Shown here: positions 1-12,283 of the stretch, one piece after another
How positions within the stretch are numbered: the first letter of the stretch is position 1
Layout of the letters: every line of letters begins with the position of its first letter
Origin: Fonticula alba ATCC 38817
Lineage: Eukaryota; Protista; Nucleariida
Reading direction: 5' to 3' (one strand)
DNA: 59,210 bases
NCBI GenBank assembly: GCA_000388065.2
Contig: KB932203.1
Made by a program: the position numbers and the translations under genes
Notes under the pieces: generated by a model
Seen by the model: only the letters and a program-made list of their open reading frames with translations
Databases searched by the model: none
What the model was told of the DNA's origin: nothing

Positions 1-626
1 CCCCCCCCGGGGAGACGGGTCAACACCCTTGCGGGGGCGGCCCAACAGAGGAGAGCAGTCACCCAGAATCAAGTACCGCCCAGGGGGAGGGCGGAGGGGC
101 GGAGGCGGGGCAGTCCGCGGGTCACATCCTCCTCTCCACCGGCTGATATGTCATCTGCCGACCCGGGGGGAGGGGGGCGCGCCGATCGCCCGGCCAGATC
201 CCGCCGGCGTTGCGGTGGATGGCGCTTTCGAGAATCGTCTATTTCTCCAGGCTCCTGCTCTTCTGCACTCGGCGCCCGGGACTGCTTCGTTGCTCAGCTG
301 GGTGTATGGGGGCGCGGGGCGCGGGGCGGGGGGGGGGGGCAGTGGTATGGGGAAACTCGCACGGGTATGGGGGGTGTCCGTGTTACGTCAGGCCTCGGTG
401 ACTTCGGTGGCGTCCCTCCGTCCGTCCCCCCCCCCCCCCACTCCCCTTCAAGGCAGAGAGGTCTGTGCAAGTGGCGCACATGCCCCGGGTGCCCGGGCGC
501 GTCTCCCTACTTTCCCAAAGGGGGCTCCCCCGCCGCCGCCGCCGCCGTCGATCCTGGCCCACAAAGGGGTAGGGCCGGTTGCTTATGAAGACGCGGGGGA
601 CGGGGGGGGGGGGGGGCATGGAACTA

Positions 627-890
627 CTATCGATTCTTGAGGTCTCCGAGGGCCATTCTTCCCCGGGGTGGCTCGTCTGGCCAGGCCCCCGGGCCCGCGA
701 CGGGGACAATAGACGCCGACAACCCGTTTGCGTGGGCCGCCGTGATCGGATCCCCCCCCCCCACCGGACCCCCCCCGGAGTTGGGGCCTGGTTGAAGGGG
801 CGGTAGGAGGCCCTGGCCTTCGTACCAAGGAGCGGGCCCCCCCCCCCCCGGTCCCCCCACGCCCCCCGGGACCGGGCCGAATTCGGACGC
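627..890 (-). CDS. Possible terminal exon of an unidentified gene, ending RMALGDLKNR
   Basis: CTGACAG acceptor followed by an open frame of 87 codons to the stop at 627; upstream (CA)n tract on the same strand. No homology recognised. Confidence 0.3.
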   Translation of the reverse strand, partial: ASEFGPVPGGVGGPGGGGPAPWYEGQGLLPPLQPGPNSGGGPVGGGDPITAAHANGLSASIVPVAGPGAWPDEPPRGRMALGDLKNR

Positions 891-1980
891 CTGTCAGTAC
901 GTGCCGGCGGAGTGGTGGGCCGCCGTGGCCGGCCCCCCCCCCCCCCCCCCGGCCCGCCCGGAGTGTGGGCTCGAGGATGTGTCCTTCAAATGGGTAGGGT
1001 AATCAGGTCCCGGTACCCACTCCGTCCCCCCCCCTCCCACCTGCCTTGGTCTATTCGTTGGCCTATTAATAGCAAGGAATGCCCTGGTGCCCTGTGTGTG
1101 TGTGTGTGTGCGTGTGTGCGTGTGCGTATGTGTGCGTGGGGGGGGGGGGGGGGGCTCCGCCTGGCCGTGGCCGGTCCAGCCGGGCCCGGGCGTAACACCG
1201 CGGTGTTACGCCCACGCCGTGTGCACCGGGAGGGCGGAGCAGGAATAAAAAATGTCCCCCAGCATCCTTGGTGCCCACGGGCCCGGATTACCTCATCCCC
1301 TCTTCTTCCCTCCCCCCTCCCCCTCATGCTCTTCGCCGCCACCCCCGAGCACCTGACTGCCCCCGTCCCTCCAGATCCAGCAGCTCCTTGCGTCTCGTCC
1401 ACTCTTTCCCGGTCTTCGACTTCCCCTAGTACGCGCTCACCGGAGTATCTTCNNNNNNNNNNNNNNNNNNNNNNNNNNNNNNNNNNNNNNNNNNNNNNNN
1501 NNNNNNNNNNNNNNNNNNNNNNNNNNNNNNNNNNNNNNNNNNNNNNNNNNNNNNNNNNNNNNNNNNNNNNNNNNNNNNNNNNNNNNNNNNNNNNNNNNNN
1601 NNNNNNNNNNNNNNNNNNNNNNNNNNNNNNNNNNNNNNNNNNNNNNNNNNNNNNNNNNNNNNNNNNNNNNNNNNNNNNNNNNNNNNNNNNNNNNNNNNNN
1701 NNNNNNNNNNNNNNNNNNNNNNNNNNNNNNNNNNNNNNNNNNNNNNNNNNNNNNNNNNNNNNNNNNNNNNNNNNNNNNNNNNNNNNNNNNNNNNNNNNNN
1801 NNNNNNNNNNNNNNNNNNNNNNNNNNNNNNNNNNNNNNNNNNNNNNNNNNNNNNNNNNNNNNNNNNNNNNNNNNNNNNNNNNNNNNNNNNNNNNNNNNNN
1901 NNNNNNNNNNNNNNNNNNNNNNNNNNNNNNNNNNNNNNNNNNNNCCCTCCTCGCTGCTGGCACACACAACCAGTCCTGTC

Positions 1981-2742
1981 ATGACCGCCGGATCTTCTTC
2001 GACTAGCACCCCCTCGGCCCGCCTGTGCCCGGGCGTTGGTGAGCCCTGTCGCTTCTATGCCGACCCAGTGCGTGGCTACTGCTCCTCTTGCTCGAGGCTT
2101 GTGGCCACTTCGGCGCCGGCTGCTGGCGATGCGCCGGCTGCCGTCCCGCCCGAGGTGGCTGTCGCCAGCTCCCCACTGGCCGCGGCCGAAACCCCGGACA
2201 GCCCCGCCATTGTCACGGCCACCGACGAGGCCCCTGTGGACGGCGGATCACCGGGTCCCTCCCCGCTCAGCGATGTGACTCCCTCATCGCCGGGCGATGC
2301 GGCCGCCCTGGCGACGCCCTCCTCTCCCGAGCCGTGTGAGCGGTCAACGTCGCCGGGTCCGGCTCAGCCGGTCCCCAGCTCCTCCTCCTCGCCGATGCTG
2401 ACCCCGGCCGGGAGCATCCCGGTCCCCGGGTCGGCGGCTGTTCCTTCACCGGTGCTCAGTGCCTCCCCTTCGCTCGAGGGGTCGGCCTCCTCGCCGGCCG
2501 TGGCGGGGGGCTCCTCCTCCCCGCCGAAGTCCGCGGCCTCCGGTTCCGGGCCATCGCGCTGTGCCGTTTGCCGCAAGCGCCTCGGTCTGCTGGGGTTCAC
2601 CTGCCGGTGTTTGCGCACCCTCTGCGGCAGCCACCGCGCGGCCGATGCCCACCAGTGTGAGATTGACTACCGGGCACGCGCGCGCGCGCACCTCCAGGCC
2701 GCCAACCCGGCCGTTGTGGCGACCAAGATCGACAAGATCTAG
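1981..2742 (+). CDS. A20/AN1 zinc-finger protein (ZFAND5/6, plant SAP-like)
   Basis: N-terminal A20-like finger LCPGVGEPCRFYADPVRGYCSSC, Ser/Pro/Ala-rich linker, C-terminal AN1 finger RCAVCRKRLGLLGFTCRCLRTLCGSHRAADAHQCEIDY ending ANPAVVATKIDKI (family-typical tail). Single exon; the frame is open upstream into the N-gap, so the start is uncertain. Confidence 0.92.
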   Translation: MTAGSSSTSTPSARLCPGVGEPCRFYADPVRGYCSSCSRLVATSAPAAGDAPAAVPPEVAVASSPLAAAETPDSPAIVTATDEAPVDGGSPGPSPLSDVTPSSPGDAAALATPSSPEPCERSTSPGPAQPVPSSSSSPMLTPAGSIPVPGSAAVPSPVLSASPSLEGSASSPAVAGGSSSPPKSAASGSGPSRCAVCRKRLGLLGFTCRCLRTLCGSHRAADAHQCEIDYRARARAHLQAANPAVVATKIDKI

Positions 2743-4285
2743 GTGATCCGCGCCCGATGCGCGCGCGGGTGTGCCTTCCTGGCACGCATCCTGGCTCCGC
2801 AATGATTGCTGGTGCTGGTGCTGGTGCTGTCTGCCCCCCCCCCCCCCCGACCCTACCCCTCACCCCCCTCTCCTCCTTCAAGAGGGGAGTGGAGGGCCGC
2901 CGGTTGGAGGAGCACACAGGCAAAGATGCCCCTGGGCTTGTTGAACTCACAAGAAGGAAAGAGAGAGAGAGAGACAGAGAGCGCGCGCGCATGCGCCCCC
3001 CCCCCCCCGAAAGCGGGAGTGCCTGTGAGAAATGAGGAACATGGGCATGATGCAGGATGACAACGGCGCACAAGGAGGAGGAGTGGTGGAAGGTGGGAGA
3101 TTAAGATTAACCGCGGGCCCAGTTCAACTGCACTCTCTCCCTCTCTCGGGCGTGCATGTTTGGCTGCCCTCTGCACACCCTTCCCGGTGTCTTTCCCCTT
3201 CTCTCCTCCTCCTCCTCCTCCTCCTCCTTCTTCTTCTTCTTTCGTGTGCCCCCCATCCTCTTGCCCATTTCTTCCATGCGTCCTCCTTCTCTCTCTCTCT
3301 CTCTCTCCATCTCTCTCTCCTTTCCCTTCTCCCCATGCAGCTCTGCCTTCCTCCTGTGTTCCTCCCCCCTTCCGGTTTTCACACCTTGTCCTTGGAACCC
3401 ACTCTCCGGGTCTCCCCGCTTGCCGGTGTCATGCGCCTCCTCCTCCCTATCCAATGGGGGAGAGCGCGTGCGCCGCAGGGTGGGCGCGTATGACCTGCCG
3501 TCACGAGAGGCAGTGAGCGAGCGAGCGAGCTAGAGAGAGCGAGAGAAACAGCCAGCAAGAGATCCACCACCATGTCAAGACTCGGTGGTCTTCTTCTCGC
3601 TTTCTCTCGCTTTTCCTCCTCCCCCCGCCCTCCCCCTTCCCCTTCCCCTTCAGTCACACGCGCCTTCCCCCCTTTTTCGCTCGGCGTGCTCCCCCCTCGC
3701 CCCCTCCCCGAGCTTTGTATTTTAATATCCTCCCATCTCTCCTCTTCCATCGTTCCTCCCCTCCCCCCCTCTCCCCTGAGGCACTCGCGTATGCTGCACT
3801 TGCTGTGTGTGTGTGTGTGTCTGCGTGCACGTGCCTACTGTGTTGACCTCCTCAGAGCACGCGCCTTCTTTCCCTCGCCTCCAGCACTTGTGAGAGGTGG
3901 AGCCTATACATGCAACCATGCCTTCCCTCCCCCCTTCCCCTCTGTCTCTCTTTTTGTTTAAACCCACACAATGCCCGATGGGGCAAATGTTGTCCAGGCT
4001 AATACATTAAGAATCCCTCCTTGCCGTGGCCGCTGTTTTCTCCCTTCACCGTTTGCCTCTCCTACCTCCCCTGAAAAGTATTCCGCCGAAGAGAGGGGCG
4101 GGAGCGGGGGCGGCGGAGGCGCAAGCACAAGCGCTGGGATGTGGTGAAGACACACAGGGGTGCATGCATTTCAGGGTATTTGATTATTGCTGGTGCCTTC
4201 GGGGCCAGGCGAGGCAGATAGAAAGTGGAGAGCACCCGCCAGGGGGGAGTTCATCGGCGCTGTTCCCCTCCCTCCTTCCCTCCCT

Positions 4286-4328
<43 letters not shown>

Positions 4329-4372
4329 GCGCCTTTTCGCCTGTGGTCTACAGATGTAAGTGAGGTCCATGT

Positions 4373-6315
4373 CTACGATGCGAATGCTCGCTCGCGAGCT
4401 TGTTGAGGCCGGGGCCGCGCCGGTGCTGGTTGTTGTTGTTGTTGCTGCGGCTGTTGCTGCTGCGGCTGCTGCCGTTGTTGTTGATGATGTTGAGGCTGCT
4501 GCCGTTGTTGTTGATGATGTTGAGGCTGCTGCGGCCGTTGTTGCATGGGCGACGAGCCAGGCTGGAGAGTGGGAGCAGGCATAGAGCCGGGAATCAAGCG
4601 GGCATGGCCCGAAGTGGACGTGAGTGCCGCCGGTACACGCGCGGAAGATGCGACCACCCGCGAGCCTGAGCCGCGCGCCGGTGCGGCAGGGGCGCGCACA
4701 GATGGCGCGGCCGGACCGTGCACAGATGCGACGGGCGCCTGCCCAGCATGGACTGACACCTTGGCAGGCGGAGACGGCGTGCGAACGGGTCCGCCAGCCG
4801 GGGCACGAGTGCTTGTCGGCATGGGCCCCTCGAGGGCATCGAAAAAGTCCTCCTCCTCCTCCGACTCGAGGAGGGCCGCCAGCTCGGCTTCCAAATCAGC
4901 CGCCAGCTCGTCATCTGGCCAGGCATCCCCCGGGAGGGCCAACGATTGGGCTGCCTCCTCCCCTCGGAGGGAGAGATCCTGCAGTTGATCGACCAGGTCG
5001 TCGGCAGCGGAAAGAGCTCGATCTGCGCCCCCGGGGCCGAGCACCGAGCGAAGGACGGCCGAACTGTCCCGCAGGGCGGCAAAGCTGCTGCCCAAGTCCA
5101 CAGCTCCCAGGAGTTGCTGCCGGGAATTCAGTACATTCAGCCCGAGAGATCGGCACGCCTCGGCCCGCGAGAGGGCAGCCTGGCGCTGGCGCAGGGCCAT
5201 ACGCGCGGGTTGAAGCTGGCGCGCGCGCGAGCCTGGCCCGGCCAGGGCCCGGCGGGCCTCCTGCTCGAAGCAAGTGGCCAGGGCTTCGTGCACGCTGGCA
5301 CGCAGGGTCAGCCCGGCGTCCAGATCCTCCAAAATGGCCGCCGCCGTTTGGCTGCTCTGGTGCCGGAGGCGCTCGCGAGTCTCGGCGGTCGGCTGGTGGA
5401 GCACCGGCCCGGCATCCGGCGCATCGGGGCTGGCAAGGAAGGTCACCACCACGGCAGTTGTGGTGGGTGTATTGCGAGTGGTGGCGGCGGCCAATTCCAG
5501 GGTGACCAAGCCATCCCAGGCCAGCTGCAGCAAGCCCAAATCAAAGTCGAGCCGACGTCCGACGCAGCCCAGCGCCTTGGCGAGGCAGGGGAAAGAGCGA
5601 GAAGGAGGAGAAGCAGGCAGGGGGGAGGGGGATCAGTAAATGCGGATGGGGGCCCCTGGCCATCCTTCCCCGGCCCCCAGGGTGCCGGAGGAGGGAGGAC
5701 GATGAAGGGTGCCTGCCTCTTGCTGGGAGAGGGTGTCTTCATGGACGTACTCGGGCATATCGACAGTATGCCAGTCGCGCGGTCATGGTATGGCCGTCAG
5801 CTGCGAGGGCCGCCGGTAGTTGGGATGGATCAATGCCAAAAGCCGGGCGCCCGGCCTGCGACCGGGAAAGCACGGCCCTGGCAGCGGCCATGTCCCCCTG
5901 CCCCACATGGTAGGCATACCAATGTGCCTGGCAGATGGCATGGCCAAGGGCTCGGGCCGCCGAACGGCTGACGAGCATTGATCGAACGGGGGCCTTGTGG
6001 CCGGTGGTCCGGCCGGCAGCGGCCCGGCCGGCAGCGGCCTTCACGGCATCGTGAGCGCCAATCGGGCTCGACTGGTGGCCGAGCAGCCGGGCGAGAAGGG
6101 CCCCGGGCCATTGGAGCAGGGGACTCGACCCCCCGCCTTTGGCATGCTTGTGGTGATGGTCCGCGTCGCGCAGCAGGAAATCGGAGCTGGCCTGCGCCAC
6201 CTGGAGCAAGTATTCCGGCGGGATGAGCGATCCTTCGGCAACCAGTTCATCCTGGATGCCATCAATGGTCAGTGGACAGGTGCAGCGGGGAGACCATCCC
6301 TCCCGCCAGGTGGCC

Positions 6316-6362
<47 letters not shown>

Positions 6363-7158
6363 AAAAGGCAGCGAGCGCATATCACGAACCAGGACAACAG
6401 CCATGCCTAATGGCCGGGCTCCGGCATCGAGAAAGTATGCGGCCAAGGAGTCCGGTGCACCGGGGACCAAAAGTCGGCTGCCGAGGCTCGGAGGAGGGAG
6501 CCACAGGCCTCCGGCCGCTGAAAGGCCACCGGGGCCCGGGGCATGTGCCGAGGCCACGCCCCCGGGGCCAGTGGCTTCCGGCTCGCCAGGTGCCACGGCC
6601 GATGGCCATAGCCCCGGATCGAGGTCCGCATCGCTGCGAGCCAAGAGCTCGGTGGCCACCTGGGCACATGCGGCCTGGGCGTCCTCACCAAGGGCGCCCT
6701 CGAAGCCGGCCTGCAAGAGATCCGGCCGAGTGAGGGAGACCGCACGCCAGAAAGCCGCTCGACGTCCGGGGGCGGGGGTGGACTTGGTTGGGGGCACAGC
6801 CGGCCGGAGCAGGCCGTCTGCCGGAGGCGCCTCGGAAAAGACCCCAGCCAGGGCCAGGTGCTGGATGGCGCCCCGCCAAAAGGCCAAGCGACTGTCCCAG
6901 CCCTGAATCGGTTGTGTGTGTGTGTGTGTGTGTGTGTGAGCAAAGTGGGTCGCACGAGGGGGAGCCCTTTCGAGGTCATGGGCCAGCACGTACGGTGGGG
7001 TTGATGGACCGATCGGCCGGGAACTTGGAATACAGGCCACGCAGACGCTCACGGTCGGTCACATCCCGGGGGTAGACCTCCTTCAGGAGTTGCAAGGCGG
7101 TGATGCGTGGCTCCCGTGCTGGGGTCCGGGATGCCGGGCCGCCCAGATCGTCGGGCAT
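4373..7158 (-). CDS. CHMP7: CHMP7/Chm7 (ESCRT-II/III hybrid; winged-helix region plus Snf7 domain)
   Basis: Exons 7158-6994, 6902-6389, 6251-5751, 5575-4373 join in frame over GT-AG introns. DRERLRGLYSKFPADRSINPT|GWDSRLAFWRGAI matches the CHMP7 N-terminus (EERMSFLFSAF..REVNSTDWDSKMGFW); GARPLGMAVVL|DELVAEGSLIP matches VPLGLATVL. Helical Snf7 domain in the last exon, then a Pro/Ala and Gln/His tail. Confidence 0.85.
6317..6360. repeat. (GT)22 microsatellite in CHMP7 intron 2
   Basis: Read directly. Confidence 0.95.
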
Positions 7159-7783
7159 CCTCGGATGTGAGCAGTGCCACAGGGGGCGCAGGTGGAGGAC
7201 AGAGCGCTTGGACGAGGGGAGGCGAAGGACAGGCGGGGCGCAGAAAAAAAAATCGGTGTCGGGGCAAAGGAAAGGGGCTACGGGGGAGGAGAAGAGGAGG
7301 GAGGAGGTGGATGCCTACCTGCGCGGCTGTCTGGCTACCCCGGACAAGGGCTCTTCCAGAGCGTCGCCCAATAAACAGAGGCACACCCGCGAGGATGCGG
7401 AGCGATCGGCGCACGCCCCCGGCGGTCGTGGGTGTTCCCCCGCCTTCCAGCCCGTGCTGGAAAGTCGATCTTTGCCCCCTGCGGGCAGGCCACGCACGTT
7501 GGCGCGCAGGCCTTGTCAGGGTCTTTCGGCCCACCCCGACCCGGCGCCCATCATCCCACATGAGCCCCTCTACGCAGAGGGGCTTGTGTTGTGCGTGTGC
7601 CCGTTGCCTGCCCCCCCCCCCCTGGCTTCGGCAGGATGACTACACAAGCGCTTTGGACGATGTCCCTCCTCTCGGTCTCGCAACACGGCCGCGGCACCCC
7701 GCGCGCCGTCTCTCTGCCCGCACACCGCTTCCCTGCCCATCCCCCCCCCCCTGCACCCGACTGCCAGCTTCATTGTGGGGGGC

Positions 7784-7788
7784 AAAAA
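7784..7788 (-). terminator. Pol III T-run terminator of the tRNA-Val gene
   Basis: TTTTT on the minus strand about 10 nt after the discriminator base. Confidence 0.7.
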
Positions 7789-7797
7789 GGAAATGAC

Positions 7798-7871
7798 TGT
7801 CCGAACCAGGACTCGAACCTGGGACATTCTGTGTGTTAGACAGATATGATAACCATCTACATCATTCGGAC
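7798..7871 (-). tRNA. tRNA-Val(AAC), intronless
   Basis: Reverse complement GTCCGAA TG ATGTAGATGGTTATCAT A TCTGT CTAACAC ACAGA ATGTC CCAGG TTCGAGT CCTGG TTCGGAC A: 7-bp acceptor stem, 5-bp anticodon stem with AAC, T-loop TTCGAGT. Confidence 0.97.
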
Positions 7872-8848
7872 TGGTAATATGATCGCCTGGCGTGATATAT
7901 GATCACCCTCACGTGCATGCCTCCGGGCCTCGTCCCACCGGGCCGTGCCAGACGCGGGGCCGGTTTTTTCTCTTCTCCCTCCTGCCTGTTCCCCCTCCTC
8001 CGCGGTGGCTGCCTGGTTCATCGTTGCCCCTGGCATGCGAGTGTGTTGACCGACCGGCAGCAAAGCCCCAGACACCGCGGCAAGTCCCGGCGGCTGGGCC
8101 AAAGGGCGAGATGGACACCGGAGGCGGCAGCATTCTATTCAAAGGGGTCAAAAGGGAGGAAGGGCAAGGGGGAGCCACCATGTGGCCAGTGCCCGGTCCC
8201 AGGGGGTGCGAAGCTCCTGTTCACCGCAAAAGCAGCGGGGGCTGGTCGACTGGTGGACCACAGAGGCCTCTAGGCTTGGCAAGCAGCCAAAGTGGAAGAT
8301 GTGAAGAGGAGAAGAGGGGGGGGGGGGAGAGAGAGAGGCCGGGGAGACAGCCAAACGGCCCGAGTCCGCGGCGCGGGCGAGGGCCGGCTCGGACGCANNN
8401 NNNNNNNNNNNNNNNNNNNNNNNNNNNNNNNNNNNNNNNNNNNNNNNNNNNNNNNNNNNNNNNNNNNNNNNNNNNNNNNNNNNNNNNNNNNNNNNNNNNN
8501 NNNNNNNNNNNNNNNNNNNNNNNNNNNNNNNNNNNNNNNNNNNNNNNNNNNNNNNNNNNNNNNNNNNNNNNNNNNNNNNNNNNNNNNNNNNNNNNNNNNN
8601 NNNNNNNNNNNNNNNNNNNNNNNNNNNNNNNNNNNNNNNNNNNNNNNNNNNNNNNNNNNNNNNNNNNNNNNNNNNNNNNNNNNNNNNNNNNNNNNNNNNN
8701 NNNNNNNNNNNNNNNNNNNNNNNNNNNNNNNNNNNNNNNNNGGGGGGGACGGAGCCAGCGGCCCCGGGCGGGGTGAGGGAGTTCCCGAGGGATGCAACGG
8801 GCGAGCGCGAGGGAGGAAAATGCACACAGAGGGGAGTCCTGCTCGTAC

Positions 8849-10296
8849 ATGGTTGCGGTCTTGGCGCTCAAACGGCGGGGTCCCAATCAGAAACTCATAG
8901 ACCAGCACGCCGAGGGACCATTCATCGACGCTGGCGTCGTAGGACTTGCGCTCGGCCATCTCCGGCGGCAGGTAGTCCAGTGTCCCGCAGAAGGTGTCGC
9001 GCCGGCCGCTGGCGGTCCCACCGGCCTGGGAAGTCCCAGTAGCCCCGGGCGCCGGAGGCGAGTGCACGCTCCAGCCGAAGTCCGCCAGCTTGACATCCCC
9101 TCGAACATCGACCAGGATGTTTTCCGGCTTCAAGTCCCGGTGAATAACATGGCACGAGCGAAGATACGCCAGGGCCGAGGCAATCTGGTAGATGTAGAGG
9201 GCAGCCTGCGGCTCGGCAAAGCGCCCGGCCGCCCGAAGGAGCTGGAACATCTGCCCCTGGGAGGCATATTCCAGGATCAGGTACACGCGCCGGCTGTCAA
9301 AGAAGTTCCCATACAGGCGCAGGACATGCCGGTGACGGATGTTCGATTGGATTTCAATCTCTCGGCACAGCTGCTGCTCCATGTTGTACTGGCGGATCTC
9401 CGACTTGTACAGGACCTTGATGGCCACCACATAGCGCGTGGACTTCTCCAGGGCCAGGAAGACCACGCCATAGCGCCCGGCCCCGAGGCGCTGGCCGAAG
9501 AAGAAGTCGTCCTTGGTCCAGACGCGTGGTGCCGCGGCCAGCGGGTTGGCCCCGGCGGAGGGCAGGGCATCGGCTGGCAGGGGCGGCCGCGAGGCCGGCG
9601 TCACGCCTGTCGTACTTGTGCCACTGGCCGTGGACGTAGAGCCGGCGGCGGAGCCGGTGGCGGCCGCGGTGCTGGTGGCGGCCGCGGTGCTGGTGGCAGC
9701 CGCAGCAGGCCCGGCGGCGGGGGCACTGATGGCAGTGGCAGGAACAGGGCCAGAGGCAGCGGCGGCATGGGCGGCCGGGCGCGCGGCGGTGGCCGGCTCG
9801 GTGGAAAGAGTGCGCGCGGTGGCGGAAAGAGCGGCAGTGGGCATGGCGGCCGCTGGGCGAGTGGTCTGCGCAACCGAGGCCTTGGCTGCGACAGGGCCTG
9901 GGGTTGCCTGGGAGCCAGATCGGCGGGGGGNNNNNNNNNNGGCCTGGGGTTGCCTGGGAGCCAGATCGGCGGGGGGCCACCCTGCCGGCCGAGGCCACCG
10001 TCGAGGCGGTCAGTGTGGAGGAAGGGGTGTTGACAAACAGACCGGACGGAGGGGAAGAAGAGGACGGAAGGGGAAAAAGCCAGGAAAAGCAAGGAGGACG
10101 GGGAGGACGTGACCGTGGTCGGAGGGGCATTTTCATCGGCAGCCGGGGCCGACGCGGCGGCATTGGCCGCAGGCGTGGCGGCCTTTGGCGTGCTTCGTGA
10201 GGAAAGAAAAGCCGGCTTGGTGAAGAATCGACGTGGGGTCCGAAAAACCGAGGAGCTCTTCGGTGTCCCGGCCGAGTCGGGGACCGAGCTGGACAT
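8849..10296 (-). CDS. AURK: Aurora-family Ser/Thr kinase (C-terminal end lost in gap 8398-8741)
   Basis: WTKDDFFFGQRLGAGRYGVVFLA, VAIKVL, QLCREIEIQSNIRH, IHRDLKPENIL, LADFGWSVH and RRDTFCGTLDYLPPEM are Aurora hallmarks. Probable ATG at 10296 (MSSSVPDS); the N-terminal region is split by an intron and a 10-N gap; donor GTACGA at 8848. Confidence 0.93.
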
Positions 10297-11449
10297 GTCA
10301 AGCACGAGAGGGACGGGGGGGGGGAGAGGGCAGGAGGGGGGGGGGAGGGGACACGGAAAAAAGCGATAGAAGGGGGACTTGCCCGTGTGGATGTGGAGGA
10401 GCACCGGGCGGTGAACTGCGTGGTGGCAGTGGGCAGAAAGAAGCAGGGAGGAGAGGTGACGGGCTGGCGCGTCCTGTGGATGCCAGTCAGCCCACTCTAG
10501 TTGCCCTTGAATGCCTGGACCCGTGGTGTTTATGGGAATGCGGGCGCCGAGCATGGGTACGAGCATGGGTACCTGTATGTGCGTGTGGGACAGAGAGAGA
10601 GAGAGAGTCTTGTGTGAGTCTTGGCTGGCAATGCCTCAGTCCCTGTGAAAGAACACACCCTTGCAGCTGAGGTCGCTGGCGCCCACGGACGCGTGCGCTA
10701 CCTCGGGCAAAGGCAGCCGGCCACGGGTTACGAGGGGATGTGCCGAAGAAGGACAACGCATCACGGTCCAGATGCCCCCTCGAGAGCCCCTTCCCGGAAG
10801 GGCTGACGCTTGTCCATGCCCAGGGCACTGGCTGCCGATCGATCTCCTGGCCAAATGCGCGGCCGGGGGAACCTCGTTGTGTGGTGCTTCCCGGCGATGC
10901 CCAGGCCCCCGGGGGAGGAAGGAAGTAACCGCTCCTTCGGCCAGGGTGCCTGCGCACCCGCCCTGTGGGGCCCCCTTGCTTTTGGGTCTGGCTGTTGCCC
11001 CGCCCCCGGTCCCTGCTCCGGATTCCGACCCCAAGGCCCCGCATGCCACCCAATACAATGGCCACACCCGCACACACCTTCACATAATGGCAAGGCCGAG
11101 GGACACCCCCACCTTCACGCTCATGCCAAGACCCAACGGGTCGCGGGGGGAGAGGGGTGTCNNNNNNNNNNGCCAAGACCCAACGGGTCGCGGGGGGAGA
11201 GGGGTGTCGACCAGCGCCCCCCCCCCCCCCCCCCTCCCCCCGGGGCCCGTCGTGCGTGTTGCTGGCGGAAGGGAACAAGTTCACAGGAGCAAGTTCACCG
11301 CCCGACGTGGAAAGGATGCACACGCACACACACACGCGCGCGCATGCCGTGGAAGGATCGGGGCATAGTGGTTCTCGGAGGACGAGTTTAAAAATAACGG
11401 CTGCGTCACATGATACAATTCATGGCGGAGATTTCCCCGCGTGATGGGT

Positions 11450-12251
11450 CTATTGGCGGCTCTTCTTCGGCGGCGGCGGCCCGCTGGGCCCCCCTCCTCC
11501 CGGAGGCCCGGCATGGAAAGGGGGAGCGGCGAAGTGCCCACCGGCCGGGGGAGGCAGCCCGCCACGGTCTCGGCCGCCAGGCGGCGGTGCCCCATGGTGC
11601 GGAGGGAAGTGGTGTGGCGGCGGCGGCGGCGGCGGTGGTGGACCATGGTGCAAGTGGTGCGGATGGTGCGGATGGTGGTGCGGATGGTGGTGGTGGTGGG
11701 AGGGCGGCCCGCCGGGAGGAGCGGCAAGATGGTGCGGCGCCGAGTGATGGTGGGGGTGGTGGAAGGGCGGGCCGCCAGGGCCGGGGCCAGGGCCGGGCGC
11801 GGGTGGAGGCGGCAGGTGGTGCGTGTGGTGGAAGGAGGAGCCCCCAGGCGGAGGGGGCAGTTGTTCGAGGGAAATCCCCCCAGGAGCCAGAGCCAACGAG
11901 TGGCGCCCGGCGCCGGGGGGCGGCAGGAAGGACCCCGGAGCGGGGGGTGCCCCGGCGTTGCCGGAACCCGGCGCCGGTGCATGGCCACCAGCAAGTGCGA
12001 AGCCCATCCCCGATCCCGGGGCTGTGAGGCCGATCCCGGGGACCGAGCTGGAGGGGGGAATCGACAGGCCGATCCCCGGTACAGACCCCGGGGGGCCATC
12101 CGACGGGGCTGACACTGCCAGGAGATCATGCGCCGGCAGCGGCGGCAGACCGAGGACTTGTGTCCGGTGCCGCTCGAGCCGTTCGCGCGACATGTGGTCC
12201 AGCTGGAGAAAGGAGGCGCGGTCAGTGTGGGGGGTGTGCGTGTGTGTGCGT

Positions 12252-12283
<32 letters not shown>

